Shown here in pieces: positions 9,244 to 17,025 of a stretch of 33,647 nucleotides of DNA; position 1 is the stretch's first letter; every line of letters starts with the position of its first letter. The notes beneath the pieces are model-generated. The model saw only the letters and a program-made list of their open reading frames with translations. It had not been told where the DNA came from and did not search any database. Position numbers and translations under genes: made by a program. The DNA comes from a virus (lineage: Duplodnaviria; Caudoviricetes). The stretch spans positions 1 through 33,647 of the IMG/VR virus record IMGVR_UViG_3300047561_000339; one strand, given 5' to 3'.

Positions 9244-9345
9244 CGCAAGGCCAATCGCTTTCGACCCTTACCAGTGGCGTGATACCACCGCCTGGCTGGC
9301 GTAACCAGCAAGCAAGGCCCGTACATACGGCATACCTAAGCGTAA
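9244..9345 (+). ncRNA. Candidate structured 5' leader RNA of the major capsid gene
   Basis: Consecutive hairpins GTGG-cgtgata-CCAC, GCTGG-cgtaa-CCAGC and CCGT-acat-ACGG in a non-coding stretch of about 130 nt. Confidence 0.4.
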
Positions 9346-9372
9346 ACCCTACATAACTGAACGAGGATCATC

Positions 9373-10227
9373 ATGGCTATTAGTCTATCTAATGCTTTCG
9401 TAACCCTGTTCGACGCAGAGGTCAAGCAGGCCTATCAAGGCAAGGCAATGCTTGTCGGTGCAGTTCGCCAGCGTCGTAACGTCGAAGGCTCTACAGTAAA
9501 ATTTCCCAAGGTTGGCAAAGGCGTAGCAACTGCTCGCGTTTCTCAAACTGATGTAACGCCAATGAACGTTGGCTTTTCAACCGTAACTTGCACTATGTCT
9601 GACTGGAATGCAGCTGAATACTCAGATATTTTCTCGCAGGCGAAAGTTAACTTTGAAGAGCGCTCAGAACTGTCGCAAGTGGTTGGCGCTGCAATCGGTC
9701 GCCGTCAAGATCAATTGATTCTTGATGCGTTGGCTGCTGCTTCTTCAACTGGCACAGTGGCAAATTCTATTGGTGGCACTACTACCAATATGAATATTTC
9801 CAAGCTGCGCGAAGCTGCAAAAATATTGAACACTAAAAACGTACCATCTGATGGTCGTCACATCATCATCCACGCTAATAGCTTGGCATCGATGCTTGAA
9901 CAAACGTCCGTTACCAGCTCTGACTTTAATACAGTTAAAGCTTTGGTTCAGGGTGAAATCTCTACGTATATGGGCTTCCAATTCCATATTCTGGGTGATC
10001 GCACTGAAGGTGGTTTGCCAATTGATGGCTCTTCAGATCGTACTCTCTATGCATTCCATCGTGATGCAATCGGCTACGCTGAAGGTATAGCGCCTAAGAC
10101 AGAAGTTAACTACATCCCTGAGAAAACATCGTGGCTCATTAATGCCATTTTCTCAGCTGGTTCTGTAGCTATCGACGTTGACGGTATTGTCAAAATCACT
10201 GCCCGCGATACTGCGGCTGCAGCTTAA
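9373..10227 (+). CDS. Major capsid protein
   Basis: 284 aa beginning ISNAFV-like LSNAFVTLFDAEVKQAYQ, with AAIGRRQDQLI and G.....YMGF motifs. GAGG RBS and canonical position. Confidence 0.92.
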   Translation: MAISLSNAFVTLFDAEVKQAYQGKAMLVGAVRQRRNVEGSTVKFPKVGKGVATARVSQTDVTPMNVGFSTVTCTMSDWNAAEYSDIFSQAKVNFEERSELSQVVGAAIGRRQDQLILDALAAASSTGTVANSIGGTTTNMNISKLREAAKILNTKNVPSDGRHIIIHANSLASMLEQTSVTSSDFNTVKALVQGEISTYMGFQFHILGDRTEGGLPIDGSSDRTLYAFHRDAIGYAEGIAPKTEVNYIPEKTSWLINAIFSAGSVAIDVDGIVKITARDTAAAA

Positions 10228-10241
10228 TAGGGAGATAAGTC

Positions 10242-10526
10242 ATGGCTTATGATTCTGCTGGACTAAATTCCGCTGGTGCGCAATCGAAAGCTGGTAATGC
10301 TCCAGCGTTGTGGACTTACACCACAACTGATGCTGCAGCTACTGTTGACACCTCCGGTTATTTTAATAGTGCCGCATCGTTGTTTAACATTGGTGACATT
10401 ATTTTCCGTGTTACTACATCAAGCGGTTCTGTATCTACCGCAGGCATTCACGTTGTAATGACAAATGCATCTGGTGTTGTAAACGTTTCTGATGTTACTG
10501 CTTTGACAGTTACTAATACTGACTAA
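10242..10526 (+). CDS. Small capsid-associated (decoration-like) protein
   Basis: Ala/Thr/Ser-rich 94 aa (D...TVDTSGYFN...GDII) co-transcribed with the capsid gene. GGAG RBS. Confidence 0.65.
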   Translation: MAYDSAGLNSAGAQSKAGNAPALWTYTTTDAAATVDTSGYFNSAASLFNIGDIIFRVTTSSGSVSTAGIHVVMTNASGVVNVSDVTALTVTNTD

Positions 10527-10537
10527 CATTGCAGCAT

Positions 10538-10570
10538 AGGGTCGGCCTCATAAGAGGTCGGCCCTTTTTT
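10538..10570 (+). terminator. Intrinsic terminator after the capsid genes
   Basis: AGGGTCGGCCTC-ataa-GAGGTCGGCCCT stem (two G-U pairs) followed by a T run. Position is analogous to T7 Tphi. Confidence 0.85.
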
Positions 10571-10585
10571 ACGTTAAGGGTAATT

Positions 10586-11203
10586 ATGGCTGCAGGCGAT
10601 ACAGGTATTTCAATTTGTGCCGATGCTTTAATTTTGCTTGGCGCATCACCCATCTCTAGTTTTAATGATGGTACTGATGAATCAAATGCTTGCGACCGTT
10701 TGTACCCAGACGTTCGTGATTCAACATTGGTCATGTATCCGTGGTCATTTGCCACAAAGAAGATTCAGCTAGCTCGCCTAATTGACGCACCTAACAGTGT
10801 GTGGTCATACGCTTATGCATTACCAGGGGACAGGTTATCCAACCCTTCAGCTGCTTACCAAAGCTCAGCCGTATCCTCCTCTGTCCAGAAAAATTGGGAA
10901 GTACAAGGCGACCAATTGTTGACAGACATGGACGCTGTATTCATTGACTATAAGTACTCTTGCCCAGAGTATTTAATGCCGCAATACTTTGTCCAGCTTT
11001 TGAAATACATGATGGCTTGGCACTTGGCTGAGCCTATAACTGAGCAGATGGATAAAGGACTCAACTGGAGGCGAGTCGCAATTGGCGAGCCTGGTGAGAA
11101 TGGTCGCGGTGGTTACTTTAGAACAGCTGCTCAAATTGATGGCCAAGGTAATCCATCACGCGCAATCAATGATTTCACGCTGGTTGAATCGAGGTTTTCA
11201 TAA
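10586..11203 (+). CDS. Tail tubular protein A (adaptor, T7 gp11-like)
   Basis: IC..AL..LG..PI and YPWSFA...L motifs. ATG 10586 with AAGGG RBS lies downstream of the terminator. Confidence 0.85.
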   Translation: MAAGDTGISICADALILLGASPISSFNDGTDESNACDRLYPDVRDSTLVMYPWSFATKKIQLARLIDAPNSVWSYAYALPGDRLSNPSAAYQSSAVSSSVQKNWEVQGDQLLTDMDAVFIDYKYSCPEYLMPQYFVQLLKYMMAWHLAEPITEQMDKGLNWRRVAIGEPGENGRGGYFRTAAQIDGQGNPSRAINDFTLVESRFS

Positions 11204-13188
11204 TGCCTCGTTTTGTAGACTTTCAAACCAACTTTTCCACAGGAGAATTAGACCCTCTCCTGCGTGCGCGTGTTGATCTTGATAGCTATAAAAATGCATT
11301 GGCAAAAGCGACTAATGTTCTAATCCAACCACAGGGTGGCATACGCCGTAGACCAGGACTAAAGCATATATTTCAATTGCCTAATACAAGCACAGAAAGT
11401 GCTGGCAATGGCGTGCGCTTAGTATCGTTTCAATTCTCTGTCGATGACAGCTACATGCTCTGCTTTACGCACAATCGCATGTACATCATAAAAGCTGGAA
11501 GCGTAATTACTAATATTAATGGCACAGGGAATAACTACCTAACAACAACAATTACGTCAGGTTTAGTAGGCACAATTTGTTGGACACAATCAGCAGATAC
11601 GTTAATTATTACGCACCCAGATTTGCAGCCAATTAAATTGGTTCGTGGTGGCTCGGATAGCTCATGGACTATTAGCACAGTCACCTTTGATGCCATCCCA
11701 AAATATGCGTTTACATATGCGTATTCAAACCCAGCAACAACGCTAACACCATCTGCTGTATCAGGTAACGTTACGCTTACAGCGGGAGCTGGTGTATTTA
11801 GTGGAAGCAATGTTAACCAGTACATTAACGTGACCCCTCAAGGTCGCGCACGTATTACTGAATATGTTAGCGCCACAGTAGTCAAAGCTATTGTCGAATA
11901 CCCTTTCTTTGATTCGTCTGCTAAAGCCTCTGGTGCCTGGGAACTTGAAACTGGATACGAAGATGTTTGGTCTAGCGCAAGAGGCTGGCCACGATCAGTA
12001 ACCTTTCACGAAGGTCGGCTGTTCTTTGGCGGTAGTAAGTCTCGACCATCGACTGTATGGGGTAGCAAGATTGGTTTGTTCTTTGACTTCATACCAAGCG
12101 AGTCTCTTGATGATGACGCTGTTGAAGCAACGCTAGATACGAATGAACTCAACGTCATCACTGACATTGTTAGTTCGCGTGACTTCCAAGTCTTTACATC
12201 TGGTGGCGAGTTTTATGTGCCGCAGGTTGGAACTGACCCAATCACCCCGCTTACATTCACATTCAAGAATGTTAGCCGCAATGGGATTAAATCAGGTACT
12301 AGAGTTCAGTCAATTGAATCTGGCTCTGTCTACATTCAGCGCCAAGGTAAGTCCCTTAATGAGTTCGTCTTTAGCGATACCCAGCTTACCTATATTACTC
12401 AGCGCATATCTCTGCTGTCTGGCCATCTATTAAAAGCCCCGCAGCGCATAGCTTTGCGTAGAGCCTCTAGCACTGATGAGTCTGATTTGTTAATGATGAC
12501 AAATACGACCGATGGAACGATGGCTGTTTTCTCAATCATGCGCAGTCAGCAAATTACGTCTCCATCAGAATTTATAACAGACGGTAATTTTATTGACGTT
12601 GGCGTTGATGTTACAAGTATTTATGTCGTTGTTAAACGAACATTTGATTCTACTGTTAGATATTTTATTGAGTTATTTAGCGACTCTCTTTTTACTGATT
12701 GCTCCTTTATTGGTGGAGCTGCATCCACAGCCACAAGCCTGCCTCACATTGGCAAAGCATTAAACGTTATTACTGATGGAGTGCCTCAGTCTGATGAGAC
12801 CGTAAGCGGTGCTGGAGCTGTTACGTTTGATCGCGCAAGTACAGCGGCCTACGAAGTTGGATTGCCAATAACTGTATACGCTAAAACAATGCCTGTAGAA
12901 ATTAAGTTGCAAACAGGTAGTCGTGTTTCATTTAAAAAACGCATTGTTGAAATCAGTGCAGTTCTTAAAGACACGCAGCATATGCAATTAAATAGGCAAC
13001 CAGTTGTGACCCGCGAATTAGATAACCCATTACTTGATTTGGCTGTGCCAACGTTTACAGGGATTAAGCGCGTGCATGGAGTTCTTGGTTACAGCAATGA
13101 GCAGACTATTGAGGTGTCTCAGAACTTGCCGTTAAAAATGAATTTGCTAGGCCTCGATTATCGAGTTGCCGTTTACTCAGGGACATAG
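11203..13188 (+). CDS. Tail tubular protein B (nozzle, T7 gp12/P22 gp10-like)
   Basis: QTNFSTGELDP, GG..RRPG and GWP.SVTFHEGRL motifs. Beta-rich, 661 aa. Confidence 0.88.
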   Translation: MPRFVDFQTNFSTGELDPLLRARVDLDSYKNALAKATNVLIQPQGGIRRRPGLKHIFQLPNTSTESAGNGVRLVSFQFSVDDSYMLCFTHNRMYIIKAGSVITNINGTGNNYLTTTITSGLVGTICWTQSADTLIITHPDLQPIKLVRGGSDSSWTISTVTFDAIPKYAFTYAYSNPATTLTPSAVSGNVTLTAGAGVFSGSNVNQYINVTPQGRARITEYVSATVVKAIVEYPFFDSSAKASGAWELETGYEDVWSSARGWPRSVTFHEGRLFFGGSKSRPSTVWGSKIGLFFDFIPSESLDDDAVEATLDTNELNVITDIVSSRDFQVFTSGGEFYVPQVGTDPITPLTFTFKNVSRNGIKSGTRVQSIESGSVYIQRQGKSLNEFVFSDTQLTYITQRISLLSGHLLKAPQRIALRRASSTDESDLLMMTNTTDGTMAVFSIMRSQQITSPSEFITDGNFIDVGVDVTSIYVVVKRTFDSTVRYFIELFSDSLFTDCSFIGGAASTATSLPHIGKALNVITDGVPQSDETVSGAGAVTFDRASTAAYEVGLPITVYAKTMPVEIKLQTGSRVSFKKRIVEISAVLKDTQHMQLNRQPVVTRELDNPLLDLAVPTFTGIKRVHGVLGYSNEQTIEVSQNLPLKMNLLGLDYRVAVYSGT

Positions 13189-13189
13189 C

Positions 13190-13786
13190 ATGGCTTTATC
13201 AGGCGCTCAAATTGGAGGAATTGCCGGATTCATTGGTGCGTATGGTGAAGCACAGGCTCAAGCTGCGGTCGGAATTCAGCAACAAACTGGCTACCTTTTG
13301 CAGGCTAGGAATACCCTAGCAGTTGCTGAAGTTAACTCTCAGTTTAGCCAGCAATACGCAACGATTCAGGCTGGAAGAACATTAAAGAAAGCTGAGATTG
13401 ATGCATTAAATTATAAGGTTGCTGGTAACTCACTATTAAAAAATATGAGAGCAACCAATGCATCTATTCGTGCGCGTGCCGCTTCATCTGGGGTGGTTGT
13501 TGGCGAAGGATCGTTTCAGAATGTACAGAATGAAAATGTACGTAATACTATGTTTGACGTAGGCATTACTGATTTAAGCGCATTGACTGCCAGAGTTATG
13601 GGATTTGAAGATGCAACAGCAATGATGCAATCAACAGAAGCTCAAAACACAATTAATTTATTTTCAGCACAACAGCAAGCTGGTCAATACACACAAGCAG
13701 GAAGCGCATCGAGAAGTACAGGTGGGTTAATGGCTACTCAGACATTGGTAAAAGCTGGAATACAAGCAGGGAAAATATTAATTTAA
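13190..13786 (+). CDS. Internal virion/ejection protein (gp14-like)
   Basis: Gly/Ala-rich hydrophobic ends, RARAASSGV motif, follows the nozzle gene. Confidence 0.7.
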   Translation: MALSGAQIGGIAGFIGAYGEAQAQAAVGIQQQTGYLLQARNTLAVAEVNSQFSQQYATIQAGRTLKKAEIDALNYKVAGNSLLKNMRATNASIRARAASSGVVVGEGSFQNVQNENVRNTMFDVGITDLSALTARVMGFEDATAMMQSTEAQNTINLFSAQQQAGQYTQAGSASRSTGGLMATQTLVKAGIQAGKILI

Positions 13787-13787
13787 T

Positions 13788-15545
13788 ATGGCTACTAGAC
13801 TCGAATCTGGGAACGTACAAGTAAGGCAGGTTGGCGGCGCTCCAATGCAGCAGGTTGTTGATCGTCCTGTGAATTATATGGTGGCTGCTAATGCAAAGGC
13901 CAATGAAGCAAATGCACTTGCTCAAATTCTAGACAATATGAGCAATAGTGTATTTGAGTACGCAGCTAAAAAACGATTTGATGAGGGATTGCAATACGTT
14001 GCGCAAAACCCACCAACTGCTAAGCAGTTGCAGCTGGCATCTGGTATTGATCCAGCTACTGGCAACAAGTTGCCTGGCGGCCCTATGCCAGAAGCTATGC
14101 CTGGAATAGGTAAAATATCTAGCGATATTGGATATTTTGGACAGGCAGTTAAAAAAGCTAGAACGCTAGAGCTATCAAGCCATTTTGAAATTGAAGGTCG
14201 CAATGATCTTACAAAATTATTGACTGATGTACAAAATGGAATTGTCACCTCTGATCAAGTAAATTCAAAAATAGCCAATATGACAAATGGCTATGCAAAG
14301 TCATTGTCGGCTATTGATCCTGAAGCATCCATAAAGTTTAGAGCAACAATGGCTACGCATGGCAATACAGTGCTAAATGCTGCCTATGAAGCCGAACTTA
14401 AAAGAGCAAAAGCTCAGCGGATTGCAAAGTTTGATATGGACTTTGATAATTCAGCAAGACTTGTAGAGCAAGCGGTAACAGAAAGTCCTGCTCAAATAGA
14501 CGAAATGGCTAATGTATTCCGCAGAAATATTGGCAATCAATCTTTATTGCTTGGAGATGCTGCGTTACAAAAAGAATACAGCACAAAATTTGAAACAGTT
14601 TTACGTAACTCAAAAATTAATGCACTAACAAAAGAACTAACAGATGATAAATACATGGGTGATCCTGTTGTCACGCTAGCAAAAATACGCAATGGAGATG
14701 CTGGCAATCTTAGTCCTGTTTTGCAATCATTGATTAAAAGTGATTTTGATGCTGTTGCAAAAGTTACGGCTAATTTTATGGCGGCTCATGCACAGCGTGC
14801 AACATTAGACAAAGAGAAAAAAGACGCAGATAAACAAGCTGCTTTAAAACTTGCAGTTCCACTGATTGATAGAGCTTATGCATTGGCAGACAATAGTCCA
14901 GAGCGCAGAAAATTAACTGACCAAATTGTTGAAATTCATCAGCGTAATCCAGATGCAATTCCATTCGGAATAATTAAAGATTTGCGTGAGCCTAATAAAG
15001 AAGGCAATCCAATGGCTGAGTTTAATGCGCTAACAGCAATTTATGAAGGTCGCATAACATCGCCTAATCAAATAGCATCGATCGCTGGATTAAATGGTAA
15101 GCAGAAAGTTAGTTTGCTTAAAACATTAACTAGTGAAGATAGACGCGATCAGCGTGAGATTGATATGGGATTAGCCAAGCTTGCAGGTATTTCTACAATG
15201 CCTGGTCAAATAACTGTAATTGATAAAACAGGTACTGAGTTTCAACAGCTTGTAAAACTACGTGCAAAAGCTTTGCAATATCAATCTGAAATGACCCTCA
15301 AAGGTGAGATAGGTACGCCTAGCAATATCCTTAAAAAAGTTGAAGATGATATTTTAAGGACTCGCAACACTGAATCTGCAAAGTCAGCTCGTCAATCTCT
15401 TTTAGTATTTGAGAAAAAAGATTGGATTAATGGGCCAATTACAAGAAGTAACTTATCTGCCATTGAACAAAAGGCTGGCAAAGATATTAATAAGCAGCGC
15501 GAGTACAAGCGCATAAAAGATTTACTAGATCAGGCTGGTGAATAA
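13788..15545 (+). CDS. Internal virion/ejection protein (gp15-like position)
   Basis: 585-aa predicted helical protein in the ejectosome gene block. Confidence 0.65.
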   Translation: MATRLESGNVQVRQVGGAPMQQVVDRPVNYMVAANAKANEANALAQILDNMSNSVFEYAAKKRFDEGLQYVAQNPPTAKQLQLASGIDPATGNKLPGGPMPEAMPGIGKISSDIGYFGQAVKKARTLELSSHFEIEGRNDLTKLLTDVQNGIVTSDQVNSKIANMTNGYAKSLSAIDPEASIKFRATMATHGNTVLNAAYEAELKRAKAQRIAKFDMDFDNSARLVEQAVTESPAQIDEMANVFRRNIGNQSLLLGDAALQKEYSTKFETVLRNSKINALTKELTDDKYMGDPVVTLAKIRNGDAGNLSPVLQSLIKSDFDAVAKVTANFMAAHAQRATLDKEKKDADKQAALKLAVPLIDRAYALADNSPERRKLTDQIVEIHQRNPDAIPFGIIKDLREPNKEGNPMAEFNALTAIYEGRITSPNQIASIAGLNGKQKVSLLKTLTSEDRRDQREIDMGLAKLAGISTMPGQITVIDKTGTEFQQLVKLRAKALQYQSEMTLKGEIGTPSNILKKVEDDILRTRNTESAKSARQSLLVFEKKDWINGPITRSNLSAIEQKAGKDINKQREYKRIKDLLDQAGE

Positions 15546-15546
15546 C

Positions 15547-17025
15547 ATGGCATACAGTCAGATAGAAGAACGGTATTTAAATGGTCTAGCAGAGATTCAT
15601 TTCCCTACTATGCCACCTCAAGATATTGCTACTGACCAGCAAAGCATGGACGGTATGCAATTAGCTGCAGGCCCAAATAATTCAGGCACTACTACAGACA
15701 CTGAACCTAGATTTGGTCGTGGTGGCGTTAGTAAAGCTCAATCACAGGCAGCTGGTGGACTAGAGAAACCTTTAACTGCTTTGGCTGATACCGGCGCTGG
15801 TTTTGTAAGAGAAGGTTCTATAGCTGCAGGTGGAATATTTGGAGATTTAGAATCCATTAAAAATGCTGCAATGGCAGTATTTAATGGGCCTAAAGATAAA
15901 GGTCTGCTTGATAGATTCTTGCTTGGATTAGAACAAAAAACAAACATGGCAACAAGCGAGCAGATTAGTAAAGAAGGATTCAGAATCCCATTTACTGATA
16001 AGCAAGTAACTATTCCTCCGGCAATACCTCCTGGAGTAAGTGATCAAAAAGACAGGGAACATAATGCTGACGTTGGTGGCTCATTTGGAAAAATAGCGCC
16101 ATTACCTACAATTCTTGATGGTGCAATAACTAGTGGTAAAGCATTAGCTAAAACACTTGCTCCCACTGCAGGAAATATTGCCAAGGACTATTTACGCAAG
16201 TCAGATTTAAAAAGGCTGCCTGAAAATCAGCGCGATACCTTGATTGGACTGTACGACAAGGCGTTAGAAACAAAACCGGAGTTTGATTCTATTGGGCAGG
16301 AAATTGCTAGCCAGATCAACGGCGAATATATGGCTGTTTCAATCAAAAAATCTGGTCGGCTAGTTGACAAAGCGCTGGGTGATTACAATGGAGACGTAAC
16401 AAAAACGAAAGATTTGGTGCGCTCAACTATCATTGTTGATACGCCAGAACAGGCCGCTCAAGTTTTAAATCTAATTCGTCAGCGCTTTAGCGTGAGGTCG
16501 GAAGGTTTCCGCAATCTACTAGATGAAAGCGTTGATGCGCCGCTAGGTTATCGAGACGCAAAAATGAACGTTGAGATTAATGGCACAGTTGCCGAAATTC
16601 AAGTGAATTTTCGGGAGATGTTAAAAGCCAAAAAAGAGCTGCATCCCTTGTATGAGGAATTGAGCAAGATTGAAAGAGCAATTATGAGCCGCCCTGATAA
16701 GGTAGCGACAAGCAAAGAATTAGCTCGAATTGAAACGCTTGAAGCTAAGCAAAAGGCCGGTTACGACGCAGCTTTTTCCGAAGCAATCAAGCGCTCAAAA
16801 ATATCTCCAGAAACCGGTGCGCCGTTGCGGCGAGCAGAATCTGGATCAAATGGCCTTGGTGGCGAGACATCCCAAGCGGCGCAATACGGCACTGAGTCGC
16901 CAGCGCCTATAGAAACTGGGATGCCCTCAACGTCAAAGAATTTGGTGCCTTTTGAAAATTTCATATCTAAAACCTCCAATAAAAGCCTATCAGATTTAGC
17001 AACTGATGTCAAGGGAGCCAAATAA
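15547..17025 (+). CDS. Putative internal virion protein with C-terminal RelA/SpoT-family nucleotidyltransferase (alarmone synthetase/toxSAS-like) domain
   Basis: Lies between two ejection genes. Ordered motifs are IKKSGRLVDK (16342), DLVRSTI (16411), GYRD (16546), EIQV (16594) and HPLYE (16642). Confidence 0.75.
   Translation: MAYSQIEERYLNGLAEIHFPTMPPQDIATDQQSMDGMQLAAGPNNSGTTTDTEPRFGRGGVSKAQSQAAGGLEKPLTALADTGAGFVREGSIAAGGIFGDLESIKNAAMAVFNGPKDKGLLDRFLLGLEQKTNMATSEQISKEGFRIPFTDKQVTIPPAIPPGVSDQKDREHNADVGGSFGKIAPLPTILDGAITSGKALAKTLAPTAGNIAKDYLRKSDLKRLPENQRDTLIGLYDKALETKPEFDSIGQEIASQINGEYMAVSIKKSGRLVDKALGDYNGDVTKTKDLVRSTIIVDTPEQAAQVLNLIRQRFSVRSEGFRNLLDESVDAPLGYRDAKMNVEINGTVAEIQVNFREMLKAKKELHPLYEELSKIERAIMSRPDKVATSKELARIETLEAKQKAGYDAAFSEAIKRSKISPETGAPLRRAESGSNGLGGETSQAAQYGTESPAPIETGMPSTSKNLVPFENFISKTSNKSLSDLATDVKGAK
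16761..16964 (-). CDS. 67-aa antisense nested protein, candidate immunity/antitoxin
   Basis: MKFSKGTKFFDVEGIPV... has an ATG with GGAGG RBS at 8-nt spacing and a dedicated upstream promoter. It lies wholly within the low-complexity tail of the RelA/SpoT gene. Confidence 0.7.
   Translation of the reverse strand: MKFSKGTKFFDVEGIPVSIGAGDSVPYCAAWDVSPPRPFDPDSARRNGAPVSGDIFERLIASEKAAS
16984..17012 (-). promoter_or_regulatory. Antisense sigma70 promoter TTGACA-17-TAGGCT with extended -10 TG
   Basis: The minus strand reads TTGACA tcagttgctaaatcTGa TAGGCT tttatt GGAGG ttttagat ATG. Confidence 0.7.

Noticed and set aside
10200-10245. Programmed frameshift or readthrough extending the capsid protein (T7 10B-like)
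   Set aside because: Tandem TAA TAG stops, no slippery sequence, and the next gene has its own RBS.
10529-10585. N-terminal extension of tail tubular protein A in the ORF track
   Set aside because: It runs through the terminator hairpin. ATG 10586 has an RBS and a typical N-terminus.
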